Origin: Rebecca billardiae RCC1528 | Taxonomy: Eukaryota > Protista > Haptophyta | DNA length: 64,000 bases | Reading direction: 5' to 3' | Assembly: GCA_965240325.2 (NCBI GenBank) | Contig: OZ251253.1 | Span: 186,001 to 250,000, forward strand | Shown: positions 1-11,180 of the stretch, piece after piece | Layout of the letters: every line of letters starts with the position of its first letter | Position numbering within the stretch: the stretch's first letter is position 1 | Position numbers and translations under genes: made by a program | Notes under the pieces: generated by a model | What the model was told of the DNA's origin: nothing | The model's input: only the letters and a program-made list of their open reading frames with translations | Databases searched by the model: none

Positions 1-3000
1 CGCGTGGCCGAGGGGATGGAGGGGGCGAACGCGCGGCGTGAGCCGCTTGACGAGCAGTCGGCGGCGGGCATGACGCGGCGGTCGTTCGCGGACGCGATGC
101 CGACGGCGCACTACCCTGGGCAGGTGACGCACGTCGACATCTTCTCTATGGCGCGCATCGACTTACCAGTTGGGGCCGATGGCGCACGTGGAGGGTATCC
201 TCATGGGATCATATTCATCGATGGGCATTCACGTCGATGGCAAGTGTACGCGCTACGCAGCTTGGATGACGCCGAGGTTGGTCGGGCATTCCGCTGGTAC
301 GCGCAGTTGCTTGGAACAGGGGCCATGCACATGTCGCATTGGGTCCTGGCGTCGGGGTGTACTATGGCGCGACGTCATATTCACACCGACGGTGGCTCGA
401 CGTTACTGAGTACGTACGTCGAGGGTGAGCTGGCGAAGCTTGGGTTCTCGTCGACGGTCACGTCGGCGCCCGACTCGCCGAGCTCGAATGGCGTGGCGGA
501 ACGCGCTATCCGCACGCTGAAGTCGAGACTGCGCGCCACGGTCGTTGCGCGTGGAGTCTCGAGGGTCGATTGGCACTACGCGGCGTGGCACGCCTGCGCG
601 TCGCGCAATCGACTGGCGTCACGTGGTATCATTCGTGACGATGGAGACATCGAGTGGCTCACGCCGGATGAGCTGTTCTTTGGGAAACGCCCGACGTGGA
701 AGCATCACGTGGCGTTTGGCGCGCGCTGCCGCGTGCTGATGCTGGGCGCACGGCGCAATGCATTGGGGCAGCTGAAGCAGCGCGCACTACCCGGACGTGT
801 CTATCTCTGGGGTGGGCACGGCGTGCAGTGGCGCGGTACATGGCGCTACGTGCTCGGGTACGTATGTCGTTTAGACGACGGACGTCTCGTTCACTCACGT
901 GACGTACGCATCGACGAGACCGACCTGGTCGAGGGGGGGCACTCGTCGTTGGGCGCACCTGACGGTGGCGCGTACGTGGGTGATGGTGACGACGCCGCGG
1001 TAAGCGGCGGATATCGTCCAGTCGGCGGTGACGCCGACGGTGAGGACGAGGACGGCGATGGCGGCGAGACGCCAGCCGACGCCGGGGATGACGACGCGAC
1101 AGAGTTCGACGTCGGGTACGACGACGACGCAGATGCGTCAACGTCGGGGCGCGGGCGCAGCAGCGTGGACGCGGGACAACGCGGGTGCAGCAGCGCGGGC
1201 GCACAGCCGTCGACGCCGACGCCGCAGGGCGGGCGTGGCGGGGCAGGCGCGTCGATGACGCAGCCGGGTCGGCAGGATCAGATACCGCCGACGGAATCAC
1301 GGCGCGGGGCCGCAGCAGATGCTGGCGGGCCGCCGCGCGGCGCAGACGGTGACGACGGCGTGATCGAGGACGCGCCGCCGCCCGGCCTGGATATGGGACA
1401 CGATCCGCTTCGCAGGGATCGGACGTCGCGCCGACGGCCGCAGCTGCTTACTGCCGTCGTCAGCGCCGCGTCGGTGTTCCAGAAGATCAACGTGAAGGTG
1501 CCGACGAACTATCGCGAGGCGATGCGGTCGGCGGAGGCGCCCCAGTGGCAGGGCGCCATGCTCGAGCACTTGGAAGGTCACAAGTTGCTCGGCACCTCGG
1601 AGGAGGTGGTGGTTCCGGAGGGCACGCGGGTGTTGCCGAGCCAGTGGGTCTTTGACGTCAAGTCGAACCCGGAGGGCGAGGTGACGCGCTTCAAGGCGCG
1701 GTCGGTGCTACTGGGGAACCTACAGCGGCCGGGGATCGACTTTCAGGAGGTCTTTGCTCCGACGATCCGGCCGGAACAAGTGCGACTACTCGTGGCGATC
1801 GCCGCTCAGCAGGCTGGCGCGAGAGTTGACTTGGGTGCAGCGTCGGTTGCGGCGCTGGGCATACTGTCGAAGGGCGACGTCAAGGACGCGTACCTCAACT
1901 CGGAGTTGAAGCCGGATGAGCGGCCTCTCTTCTCATTCCCGCCGGGCTACGTGCCGAGCACGCAGGCGCCGCCGGGGTACAAAGTCGTGGGCCGGAGCCT
2001 CAAGGCGTATCCGGGCCTACGCCAGTCTGGGCGCGCGTGGCATCGCACGCACCGCACCCAGCTGCTCGCGCGCGGCTTCTCGGAGTGTCCGAGTGCGCCG
2101 TGCATCTACGTCAAGGAGTCGGCGCCGGGCGAGTTCATCATCGCGGGCGGCTTTGTCGACGACTTGCTGTTTCTCAACCTGACGCGCGACGCGCGCGCGG
2201 TGGAGAAGCTGGCGGCTGACCTGAAGGAGCACTACGAGATCAAGCTGAGTGAGCGGCTCGATAAGTTCCTGGGCGCCGTGTTTGAAGTTCATGACGACGG
2301 CATCCTGATGCACCTGGGGCCGTACGTCGAGAGCGTGCTTCAGCGGTTCGGTTTGAACGCGAGCACGCCGGCGCGCACGCCGGAGCCGGCGGCGCGGGCG
2401 CAGCTGAGCGACGACGACGAGGCGTTGCTGCAGCGCGCAGAGATTGAGAACTACCAGGCGATGGTGGGATGTCTCATGTTTGCGATGGTCACGGCGCGGC
2501 CGGACATCGCGCACGCGGTGAACATGCTGACGCGACGCATGTCATGTCCGCGGGCGGTGGATCTGGTAAGTGCGAAGCGCGTGCTGCGCTACTTACGTGG
2601 ATGCCCGCGATTGGGAATCTTGTTCAAGTTTGCGACAGATTCCGAGCACCCCGACCTACTTGCTTTCGCTGACTCCGATTGGGCAAGCAATCCGGTGGAG
2701 ACCAAGGGCAGGTCGACGGGTGGATACATTGTGTTCTACAATGGGGCGCCGGTGTCGTGGCACAGCGGGCTGCAAGGTACAGTCTCGCTGAGCTCGACGG
2801 AGGCGGAGTACGTCGCGCTGAGCGATTGCTGCCGCGAGGTGAGCTACTTGCGGAGCATACTCGAGTCCATGCGGCAGCCGCCGCGGGCCGCGACGGAGGT
2901 GCGAGAGGACAACAAGGGGGCTATCGACCTCGTGGAGAATCCTGTGCACCACAAGCGCTCGAAGCACATCGAGATCAAGCATCACTATGTGCGTGACGCG

Positions 3001-3902
3001 CAGGAGGGTGGCAAGGTGAAGGTGGTCAAGGTACACACCTCACTCAACCACTCTGACATCATGACGAAGGCGACGGACGGTGCGACGTTCAAGCGGCACG
3101 TCGACGCCATCATGGTGGACCGACACCCGACGCGCGCGCGGTAAGCGGCGCAGCTCGCGGCTATGGCTGTCGAGGGGGGGTGTTGAGCTGACGCAGCCTG
3201 GGGCGCGCATCTCAGCAGATGGCGTCGCCGCTGGGACGTCAGGGCCGGCGCCGCACCAGGCGGGCCGGCGGCATCAGCTACGCAGTGGCTGGCTCTGGCG
3301 GCGCGCGCGCGCGGCGCGCGCGGCGGCAGGAGCGCGAGCGCAGCAGCGCTGGCGCGGAGCGACGTGGACGCGGAGCGCGGACGCGGCAGCGCGGACGCGG
3401 AGCGACACGGACGCGGCGCGTGCGCGGGCGGTACGGCCCGGCGCAGCGCGGCACGGATGGCACGCCGGTGGCACAGGCGGGCGCCATCGTGGAAGAGTCC
3501 AAGGAACAACGGACTCGATCACTTCATTCATGGACGCCCGGATTCTCAGTTTTGAGAATCGAGAATCCGGGATCATGGGTCCGGGCGCAGCTTACCCAGG
3601 TCCGATGACATTACCGAGTACCTGGGGGAAAGATGAGCTTACGGCGGTGCGTCGGTAACGCCTGCGATTGGCGGACGCACGGAAGCGGGGCTCAGGAAGG
3701 TTACAAGATTCCCGAGCCGGGCCGCAAAACGCCGTGTCACCCTGCGCAACCGAAAGTTGGTTGCGGCAGGAGGATTAGCTTCGCTCGTCAGAGGAGCGAG
3801 GGTCGAGATTGCCTTCGTGGGCGTCACCGACGACGCGCCCGAGGACGTGCCGGTGAGCTCTTAGCAGGGCTCGAGACGCTCGGAGCTCGCGTTTACCCAA
3901 TA
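1..3902 (+). mobile_element. Copia LTR retrotransposon (3' part) with PPT at 3172-3180 and 3' LTR at 3181-3902
   Basis: A GAGGGGGGG polypurine tract directly precedes TGTTGAGCTG. The end CCCAATA is shared with both LTRs of the related element at 57441-62598. Confidence 0.92.
4..3144 (+). CDS. Ty1/Copia pol polyprotein, 5'-truncated by the window edge (integrase core, reverse transcriptase, RNase H)
   Basis: Domain order is INT-RT-RH. Motifs: integrase HVD...HTDGG...SNGVAER; RT WVFDVK, FKAR, DVKDAYL, GLRQSGRAW, FVDD; RNase H FADSDWA, STEAEY, EDNKGA, KHIEIKHHYVRD. Confidence 0.97.
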   Translation: MAEGMEGANARREPLDEQSAAGMTRRSFADAMPTAHYPGQVTHVDIFSMARIDLPVGADGARGGYPHGIIFIDGHSRRWQVYALRSLDDAEVGRAFRWYAQLLGTGAMHMSHWVLASGCTMARRHIHTDGGSTLLSTYVEGELAKLGFSSTVTSAPDSPSSNGVAERAIRTLKSRLRATVVARGVSRVDWHYAAWHACASRNRLASRGIIRDDGDIEWLTPDELFFGKRPTWKHHVAFGARCRVLMLGARRNALGQLKQRALPGRVYLWGGHGVQWRGTWRYVLGYVCRLDDGRLVHSRDVRIDETDLVEGGHSSLGAPDGGAYVGDGDDAAVSGGYRPVGGDADGEDEDGDGGETPADAGDDDATEFDVGYDDDADASTSGRGRSSVDAGQRGCSSAGAQPSTPTPQGGRGGAGASMTQPGRQDQIPPTESRRGAAADAGGPPRGADGDDGVIEDAPPPGLDMGHDPLRRDRTSRRRPQLLTAVVSAASVFQKINVKVPTNYREAMRSAEAPQWQGAMLEHLEGHKLLGTSEEVVVPEGTRVLPSQWVFDVKSNPEGEVTRFKARSVLLGNLQRPGIDFQEVFAPTIRPEQVRLLVAIAAQQAGARVDLGAASVAALGILSKGDVKDAYLNSELKPDERPLFSFPPGYVPSTQAPPGYKVVGRSLKAYPGLRQSGRAWHRTHRTQLLARGFSECPSAPCIYVKESAPGEFIIAGGFVDDLLFLNLTRDARAVEKLAADLKEHYEIKLSERLDKFLGAVFEVHDDGILMHLGPYVESVLQRFGLNASTPARTPEPAARAQLSDDDEALLQRAEIENYQAMVGCLMFAMVTARPDIAHAVNMLTRRMSCPRAVDLVSAKRVLRYLRGCPRLGILFKFATDSEHPDLLAFADSDWASNPVETKGRSTGGYIVFYNGAPVSWHSGLQGTVSLSSTEAEYVALSDCCREVSYLRSILESMRQPPRAATEVREDNKGAIDLVENPVHHKRSKHIEIKHHYVRDAQEGGKVKVVKVHTSLNHSDIMTKATDGATFKRHVDAIMVDRHPTRAR

Positions 3903-3911
3903 GACGATGAT

Positions 3912-3946
3912 TATATATATATATATATATATCGATATATATATAT
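3912..3946. repeat. (TA)n microsatellite
   Basis: Seen directly. Confidence 0.95.
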
Positions 3947-4590
3947 CATACTACGACACTCCGATCAGCCCGTGCCGCGGCGGCCGACTGGCGCATACAG
4001 TCGTCCGATAAGCCGGCTTGTCTCATAGTCAGTCGACTCGGTCGTCGTCCGCCCAGGCCTCGGGCTAGGCTCAACGTCGTCAGCCCGATCACCGATGCCG
4101 CCTGCGCTCGGCTGGCATCGCTGAGTGGCATACCGCGTCGGTCACGGTGCCCCCACCGCGAATGTCGCGCCCGGCACTCTACCTCGCGCCTACTGCGCCC
4201 GCGTCGAGACGGCATCTGCATGAGCCCAGCGCAGGCCCAGCACTCTTCGTTCGTCTTGCCCGGGCGGGTGCTTGATGATCAATCTTGGCACCGCCACAGC
4301 AGCAGCCGTGATGGGAGCGCGGCCGCGTAACGGCCGCGTAACGGCCGTGGGCCGGGGCGCTGCATCCGTCGCGGCCGCACGCACGGCGCCACGGCTCGCG
4401 CGAGGGCGCCTGCGCGCGCGGCGCCGCGACGCGGGCCGCGCTGCCCCGGCTGCGCGCAGCTCGCCGCCGCCGCCGCCGCTGCTGCTCGCCGGCCGCGCGC
4501 CCGGCCAGCACCGCCGTGCTCAGTGCTGCCGCGGCGCGGCGAGGGCGGGCGCGGCCGCGCGCAACCACGCCGGCGTGGGGCCGTCCGTCG

Positions 4591-5643
4591 TCATGCCAGC
4601 CCGTCCTCGGCTCCGCCCGCCACCCCGCCCGCCGCGCGCTCGGGTCGCTTGCCCTCGAGCGAGTGGTGTTGGTGGTGCGGCGGCTGCGGCTGCGGCTGCG
4701 GCTCCGGCGGCTGCGGCGGCCGGCGCGCGGGCGCCTGCTTGTAGAGCGCGCCGCCGCAGAGGCAGAGGAGGAGGCCGAGCATCGAGCGCGCGCTCCACGC
4801 GTTGTGGAAGAGGGCGAGCGACACGCCCACGCTCACCACCTTGCACATCACGCCCACCACCGTGAACGTCGTCGCCGAGACCACCGAGCGGAACCCAAAC
4901 CCGAAGAAAGAAATCGCGAGCCCGAGCGCGCACGAAAGACTCACCAGGACGGCGCCGTGCGCGAGCGCGGCGACGGAGAGCTCGCTCGTGTCGAGCAGGC
5001 GCGCGGGCTCGCCGGTCATGAGCACGAGCACCGCGCCGAAGCCCACGCTCAGCGCGTTGTTGTACAGCACGCGCGTGTACGTGCTCATGTGCACCGTGTT
5101 CAGCACGTGCTTCACGTAGACCATTTCGAAGGAAAGGAGAAAGACGTAGAGAGCGCCGATGGCGACGGTGGCGGGGTCGATGGCGTCGGTGGCGCGGGCG
5201 AAGAGGGAGGAGCCGAGCAGCACGGTGAGCAGCGCGCTCCACGACCGGCCGCTCGGCAGCGCCAGCCCGAGGCACGCGTAGTCCGCGACAGACGTCACGA
5301 GCGGGACGGTGCAGCGGAACACGATCACCGTCTCGACCGTCGTGCGCTGGAGGACGAGCATGTTGGCGAAGATGGTGAGGCAGAAGACGAGCGTGACGGT
5401 CCAGAAGCGGCGTACCTGCGCCCACACCAGCGGCTCGGCGTCGACCGCGCCCAGCGCCGCGAGCAGCTGCACGGCGAGCGCGGAGGCGGCGTACTGCACG
5501 ACGCTCAGCGCCGCCGGGAACGGGAAGGCGCGGAGCGCGGCCTTGTTGGCGACGAGCATGAGCGAGGAGGCGAGGAAGTAGCCGACGCCCTGGCGCAGCA
5601 CGTGCGACCGCGGCGGCGCGGGCGCGCCGGCAAAGCCCAGCAT
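4591..5643 (-). CDS. Nucleotide-sugar transporter (GDP-mannose/GDP-fucose, GONST/SLC35-like; DMT superfamily)
   Basis: About 10 hydrophobic segments with motifs LMLVANKAAL, FPFP, VETVIVFR, YNN, GLAISFFGF and SATTFTVVGVMCK, as in plant GONST transporters. Confidence 0.88.
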   Translation of the reverse strand: MLGFAGAPAPPRSHVLRQGVGYFLASSLMLVANKAALRAFPFPAALSVVQYAASALAVQLLAALGAVDAEPLVWAQVRRFWTVTLVFCLTIFANMLVLQRTTVETVIVFRCTVPLVTSVADYACLGLALPSGRSWSALLTVLLGSSLFARATDAIDPATVAIGALYVFLLSFEMVYVKHVLNTVHMSTYTRVLYNNALSVGFGAVLVLMTGEPARLLDTSELSVAALAHGAVLVSLSCALGLAISFFGFGFRSVVSATTFTVVGVMCKVVSVGVSLALFHNAWSARSMLGLLLCLCGGALYKQAPARRPPQPPEPQPQPQPPHHQHHSLEGKRPERAAGGVAGGAEDGLA

Positions 5644-5873
5644 CTTCGCCTCGCGCGAGTCAGCGCGGCCACGCATCGTCGGCGGCCGCGCAACGCGGCA
5701 TCGTGCGCGTTGGTGCCGGTCGGGCCAAACTCCCGATCCCGGCACGGGTCAACTTTCCAGTTTCACGCCCGCCGCCATCGCCCACACACACACAGCAAGG
5801 CTGGGCTGGGCGCTCTTGCCGTGCCGGTGGCGACGCGCGCACCAGCGGGTGCGCTGCGCACAAGCTGGCCGGC

Positions 5874-6443
5874 ATGGTCGACCTGAAGAAGCGCAAGTGT
5901 GATCACACTGGCTGCACCAAGCGGCCATACTTCGGCATGCCGGGCGACGCGCGCGCCAGCCGGTGCGCTGCGCACAAGCTGGCCGGCATGGTCGACCTGA
6001 AGCACCCCAAGTGTGATCACACTGGCTGCACCACGCAGCCTTACTTCGGCATGCCGGGCGACGCGCGCGCCAGCCGGTGCGCTGCGCACAAGCTGGCCGG
6101 CATGGTCGACCTGAAGAACCCCAAGTGTGATCACACGGGCTGCACCACGCAGCCTGCGTTCGGCATGCCGGGCGACGCGCGTGCCAACCGGTGCGCTGCG
6201 CACAAGCTGGCCGGCATGGTCGACCTGAAGAGCCGCAAGTGTGATCGCACAGGCTGCACCACGCAGCCTTCATTCGGCATGCCGGGCGACGCGCGCGCCA
6301 GCCGGTGCGCTGCGCACAAGCTGGCCGGCATGGTCGACCTGAAGCACCCCAAGTGTGATCACACTGGCTGCACCAAGCGGCCATACTTCGGCATGCCGGG
6401 CGACGCGCGCGCCAGCCGGTGCGCTGCGCACAAGCTGGCCGGC
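5874..6443 (+). repeat. 114-bp coding tandem repeat, 5 copies
   Basis: ATGGTCGACCTG recurs at 5874, 5988, 6102, 6216 and 6330. Confidence 0.97.
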
Positions 6444-6680
6444 ATGAAGTGCCTTTGGAGGGGTGCGCACAAGCGCGGGCTGGCGCAAGACATGACGAGC
6501 ACCAAAGCAGTGAGCGCCGCCAAGCGACAGCGGAAGCGCACCAGCAGCACAGCCACTGCCTCGGACGTTGTGGCAGCGCGGCGGCCGCAATCGCAGCTGC
6601 CGCCACTGGTCACAGCCAGCGTCGTAACGACGCCGTCGCATGTACGACCCGTGGTGATGGCCAGGCGGGTGAGGGCCTGA
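5874..6680 (+). CDS. EsV-1-7-type cysteine-rich repeat protein; 5' end uncertain
   Basis: Five 38-aa repeats CxxxGCTxxPxFGxPG....RCAAHKLAGMVDLK match the EsV-1-7 C3H pattern. A partial repeat lies upstream of the ATG, from about 5830. Confidence 0.82.
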   Translation: MVDLKKRKCDHTGCTKRPYFGMPGDARASRCAAHKLAGMVDLKHPKCDHTGCTTQPYFGMPGDARASRCAAHKLAGMVDLKNPKCDHTGCTTQPAFGMPGDARANRCAAHKLAGMVDLKSRKCDRTGCTTQPSFGMPGDARASRCAAHKLAGMVDLKHPKCDHTGCTKRPYFGMPGDARASRCAAHKLAGMKCLWRGAHKRGLAQDMTSTKAVSAAKRQRKRTSSTATASDVVAARRPQSQLPPLVTASVVTTPSHVRPVVMARRVRA

Positions 6681-6757
6681 GCAGCACTTCACATAATCTC
6701 CGCGCCGTTTGCAGTGTCACTGTCCGACAGGTTGCACGGGAAACTGCTGACCTTATT

Positions 6758-8802
6758 CACAGTGAACAAAAACGGGATTATCGTTACCGTAACCCGTCCG
6801 ACACGAGCCGATTTTCGGGGAATTTCTCGCGCGGGCCGCACGAGCGCACAGACGACGCTACGGTGGTCGCGCAGGCGCCTGGCGAGTGCCCCGGGCATGG
6901 GACTGCAACATCCCACCCAGCCTCCCCATCCCTCCGCCCCTCTCTGCCTCGCCGGGTTGCACGCGGCTGGCCGGTCACGCCAGCTCGTGGTGAGCCATTC
7001 GTGAGCGTGGAGCCCTGCTGCTCAGTGCGGCGATGCAGCGAGGCGAAGCGGCGCGTAAGATGGCGCATCTTACTCCGAATGCAGTCTGCTACCAGCACAG
7101 CCGCCCTCGCCGGAGTGCCTGGTCGTCACCTTCGTCGTGTGCACGTGTCGCGCGCTGCCCATCAACGAGCGATCGTAAGCCTTCTCCGGAGCCATCCAAA
7201 CACGCTCGTCCTCGACGAGGCGTGCGCGAGGCACCGCGCGAGCGCGGGAGCGGCCCTTCCTAGCGTAGACCTGCACGGCCATCCACCTCGCCACAGCCTG
7301 CCATGTCACACTCCTCCCCACACACACTGCTCGCGTGCCGCGTGCCGGCCGGTCGACTAGCCAGACAGAAGGGTGCACAGATATTTTCGACTGCGAGGAG
7401 ACGGCGGCGAGCACAGGCGCGCAGCGCCGTCCCGCGCTTCATTGGGATGTTCTAGACCAGTCGCGCGCCCGCGGCACCGCGCCCGCCATCTCCGCGTCGC
7501 GTGCCAGTCCACGCCGCGCGCGCCCTCTCGGGCGATGCGAGTCTCGCCATCGACAGCGATCTTGCGGCTGATTCGTACCCGCATGTATTCAACAAATACG
7601 ACAAATCGCCGAGCTGAACGCACCTCGTCGCGCGATGGCATGGTCGCGCTGTGTGACGTCGCTCACCGCAGGAAAATCGGTACGCGACGAGAGCACGGCG
7701 CACGCGCACGGCGCGGCGTGGGAGGCGGGGCGGTGGTGTCCTCGAGCCATCCCGCCCACGCCGCGGTGCGCCAGCCGCCACCTCGCCGCGCCGTGGCCCA
7801 TGCCGCGCGGCAGGTGTCGACCAGGCCGACCTTGCCGCCCAAAAGAGGGCCGCACCGGAAATTCTGTATTTGTTGAATACGGACTTACCCATGTGCCCGC
7901 GGTGCGGCGGCGCCCTGGGCTGCGGCGTGGCGCGGCGGCGGCGGCGCGGGCAGCCTGACGGGCCAGATAGGGCGCGCCAGGTCGGGGCGATCGTGATGGG
8001 ATGGTTCCATACGCATCAGTGCGTGCTCCTGTGCATCTCAAGAGCGCGCTGGGCGCCCTCTCTCGCGCCTATGCCCATCCCACGCGGTCTGAGAAGCCTC
8101 CCGGTTTGGCCATTGTCGTGCCGTGCTCGGTCGTGGCTGCCCGGCGGGTCGGAGAGGTCGAGGCGAGCCGGGTCGTTCGCGACGGACGATGCCTATGGGT
8201 CATGGCGAGTGGCAGCACGCAGCTCGGGCGCGCGCCCGGCGCCTCCTCGCCGCGCTACATCCACACCAAGATCTGGCCCCAAAACAGGCTTCAAGAGCGA
8301 AACTCAGTCTGGGAGCTGCTCAGGCCGCTGTGTGCGGTTTGAAAGCGTACAAACTTGTGGAGCGGGTGCCCACATGGGTTGAGCACAATGCTACAGAACG
8401 TTTTTCCGCCAAACACCACTTCCTCGCCTCTCCGCGCGCGTGCCGTGCGGCTCCCGTGAACTCATCTCAACAGGTCACGTGTGGCCGCCCGTGGGGCGAG
8501 GGTGGGCGAGGAGGGGCGGGGGAGGGTGACGCCGCCCCAGGGAACCGCCTTGGCAAGCCGGCCGACGCCTCGCAGCCCCCCTCGCGGCAGTCATGCGCGC
8601 ACGCCCGCCGCTCGGAGCGCGCCATCGATTCGAATGGGCGTGCGCACGACCGACCATGCTCAAACGGCTTCCGGCCCGATCTTTCTCCACTGTGGCGGCG
8701 CGAAGTGCCGCGAACGGGGCATGAAAAAAATTCCAGCGCATCCCCACCGGGCGGAAGTGCGGACGGGTTACGGTAACGCCGAAAATCGATTTCTTTACTG
8801 TG
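6758..8802. mobile_element. Non-autonomous CMC (EnSpm/CACTA-like) DNA transposon
   Basis: Termini are CACAGT...ACTGTG, flanked by TT on both sides. A 19-bp subterminal inverted repeat CGTTACCGTAACCCGTCCG lies at 6782-6800 and 8760-8778. No transposase ORF was recognised. Confidence 0.7.
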
Positions 8803-8949
8803 TTGGTGTTACATTTCGGCCGCCCTTTGGTGAGTTTGGAGCATGGCTGCCCGCCCATTCGGGTGCCCTCGCGGGTGCGGCCGTAGAGTTGCTGCCGCGC
8901 CATGTACGACTCAATGAGTCTTGCGCACGGTTTAGGCCATGACTACTGA

Positions 8950-10260
8950 CGCACATGTAGCAGACCGAGCCCTCCTCCCAAGCTCGCCAAGGGCCCGACC
9001 GCGTCATTTGAAGAGCAGCCGCCACGAGCGTCATGCCGATCCGCTCGACTCGGTCGGCACCATGCGTGCGAGAGCGGTTGCGACGGCGCGCAACTCCTCG
9101 TCATCATCCGAGGAGTCAGCCAGCGAGCACCCTGCGGCCGCGCCTCGGCGACCCAGCACACGCAAGGTAGACTCGACCTTGGGCGAGCCTCGGCGACCTC
9201 CGCCTCGAGCTGGATGCCACGCGTAGCAGCCTAAGCCGACGTCGTGGAAAGCCACGCGCACGCATAGAGCATCAGACAGTGCGCCGCATCTGCCTGCCGG
9301 ATTGTACCATCACCGCGCCCGCGCGACAGGGTTGAAGAAGAAGTCGTCAACGACGAGCAAGCTGGCGTCCAGCGGAACGGGCGGTGCAGCCGGCGCCGCG
9401 CTGTGCGAACAGGGTGGAAGCCGACCGCCGCCGCGCGCGACGTGAGCGAGCTGGCGGGTGCACGCCAGTCAGCTGCAGATGATGCGGCGAAGAGGCGCGC
9501 GCTACCACCTACTCCACCTCGCGCGACTTAGTCTTGCTGACGTGATCACACACGCGCGCGATCAATGACATACTCAACGTCGAGTGCCTAGTGCTGTCTC
9601 CAAAGGTGCCTTCCCCCTCGCTCAGGGCGTGCCTGTCTGCGTGGTCGAGCGCTGCGCTCGTCGCCTCGGCCTGCTGAGCGTCAGCGAGGCGCTTGTCAAG
9701 GATCGCCTGCTTGCTGCGTCACAGCGCGCGAGCGCGCCACGCGCACGACCAAATGTGTGCGCTTCCGATACTTCTTGCCGGCGGCAAAGGCAGACTGCCC
9801 AGAGTTCGCCTGCTTGTCCGAGGACCCCGCGCCAGACGCCTGCACGGCCGGAGCAGCGGCCCGAGCTGCAACAGCAGAGGCCGCGCGCGCCGTAGCAAGC
9901 TTCGCCCTCGCGCGCTGCACGCGTTTGGCGAGCATCTCCTTCTGCTTCCTTAGCGCACTACGGTTGCCCGCCTTCTTCTACGAAGGCCCCGTGAGGCGAG
10001 CTCCACAAGCACTCGCGTGTGTGGTCCGAGCCACCTGAGCGCGTGCGCACGGTTGCGCGCTCGTGCGTACGGTATGAGCAGTGCAGCAGGAGACCAGCAC
10101 ACGTTCGTGCAAAGGTGCACGCGCATACCGCAACCGGCGCATCCTGCTCGTTCGCGAGAGCAGCCTCCTTGAAGGCTCTATCTACCACCTGTATCCAGGT
10201 CACCTTGTGCTTCTTCCCGATGCGCTTCGGCTTCGCGCCACTGCCGACGCGGGAGTGAGA
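8950..10260 (-). pseudogene. Possible decayed coding region of unknown function
   Basis: Protein-like fragments (KPKRIGKKHKVTWIQVVDRAFKEA; ALRKQKEMLAKRVQR; SSDDDEELRAVATALARM) are broken by stops and frame changes. Confidence 0.3.
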
Positions 10261-10730
10261 GGAACTGGGCACCAGACTGCGGTACCGATTGCGGGCGAAC
10301 GGGGAGGCGGGCCGTGGCGGCGAAGGTCGGAAACCACTACCGGCATTCGTGTGCTGCGTGGTTTCCAAGCACTCGCGCCACGCGCCGGCCGCCATGGGAC
10401 GGGCGCGATGTACCGAAAGACGGGTGGACAGGTCGCGTCCACTGTGAATGTAGCAGTGCGTAACATCTGTAGTCAGTCGCGGGCGGTCATTTCTCCGTGC
10501 TGCAACCTTTACCTGTCGTCCGCGGTGAAGCCCCGGGGCCGCGGGGCTTCGTGCATCATGGCGGCGCGCGCTTCGTCTTCGAGCCCGCCCCGGCAGAGTA
10601 CGAGATGCTGCTGATGGGCGGACCATCAACCGATTTGACGCCGTGGCACTATACGACGACGACCTATATCCGTCGTCCGCTTTTTCATCATCATCGATCC
10701 TCGATGGTGATGACGCTGAGACTCCGCGCG

Positions 10731-11149
10731 TCATGGGCTCGCGAGCTTGCACACGTCCTCGTACTCGATGCCGCCGAGCTCGGCGCCCGCGCGCGGGCCG
10801 TCGCTCAGCCGCACGCGCACGGAAAACGCGGCCTCGTCGATCTCGAGCAGCCTCGCGCGCGTCCCCCGCAGCTCGCCCCGCAGCAGCAGCACCGGCTGCC
10901 CCACCGCCGGCACCACCGTCTCGAGCTCGCCCTGGTCGAGCTGGAGCACGTCGCCGCCGACCGCGCCGCCGACCATCCGCACGCGCGCGCCGTACCCGTC
11001 CGGACTGAGCTTCTCGACGGCGCCCTTCTGCTTGTAGTAGCGCCCGCCCGCGAGCGAGCGCGACATCACCTTCACCACGATGCCGGCGTGCACCCACGCC
11101 GCGCCGTCCGCGCGCGTCGCGCCGCCGCCCGCGCCGCCCGCGGCCGCCC

Positions 11150-11180
<31 letters not shown>

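Noticed and set aside
6758-6776. CACAGTG followed by ACAAAAAC, resembling a V(D)J RSS or a Transib end
   Set aside because: The spacer is 1 nt rather than 12 or 23, the other end lacks the nonamer, and the TSD is 2 bp rather than 5.
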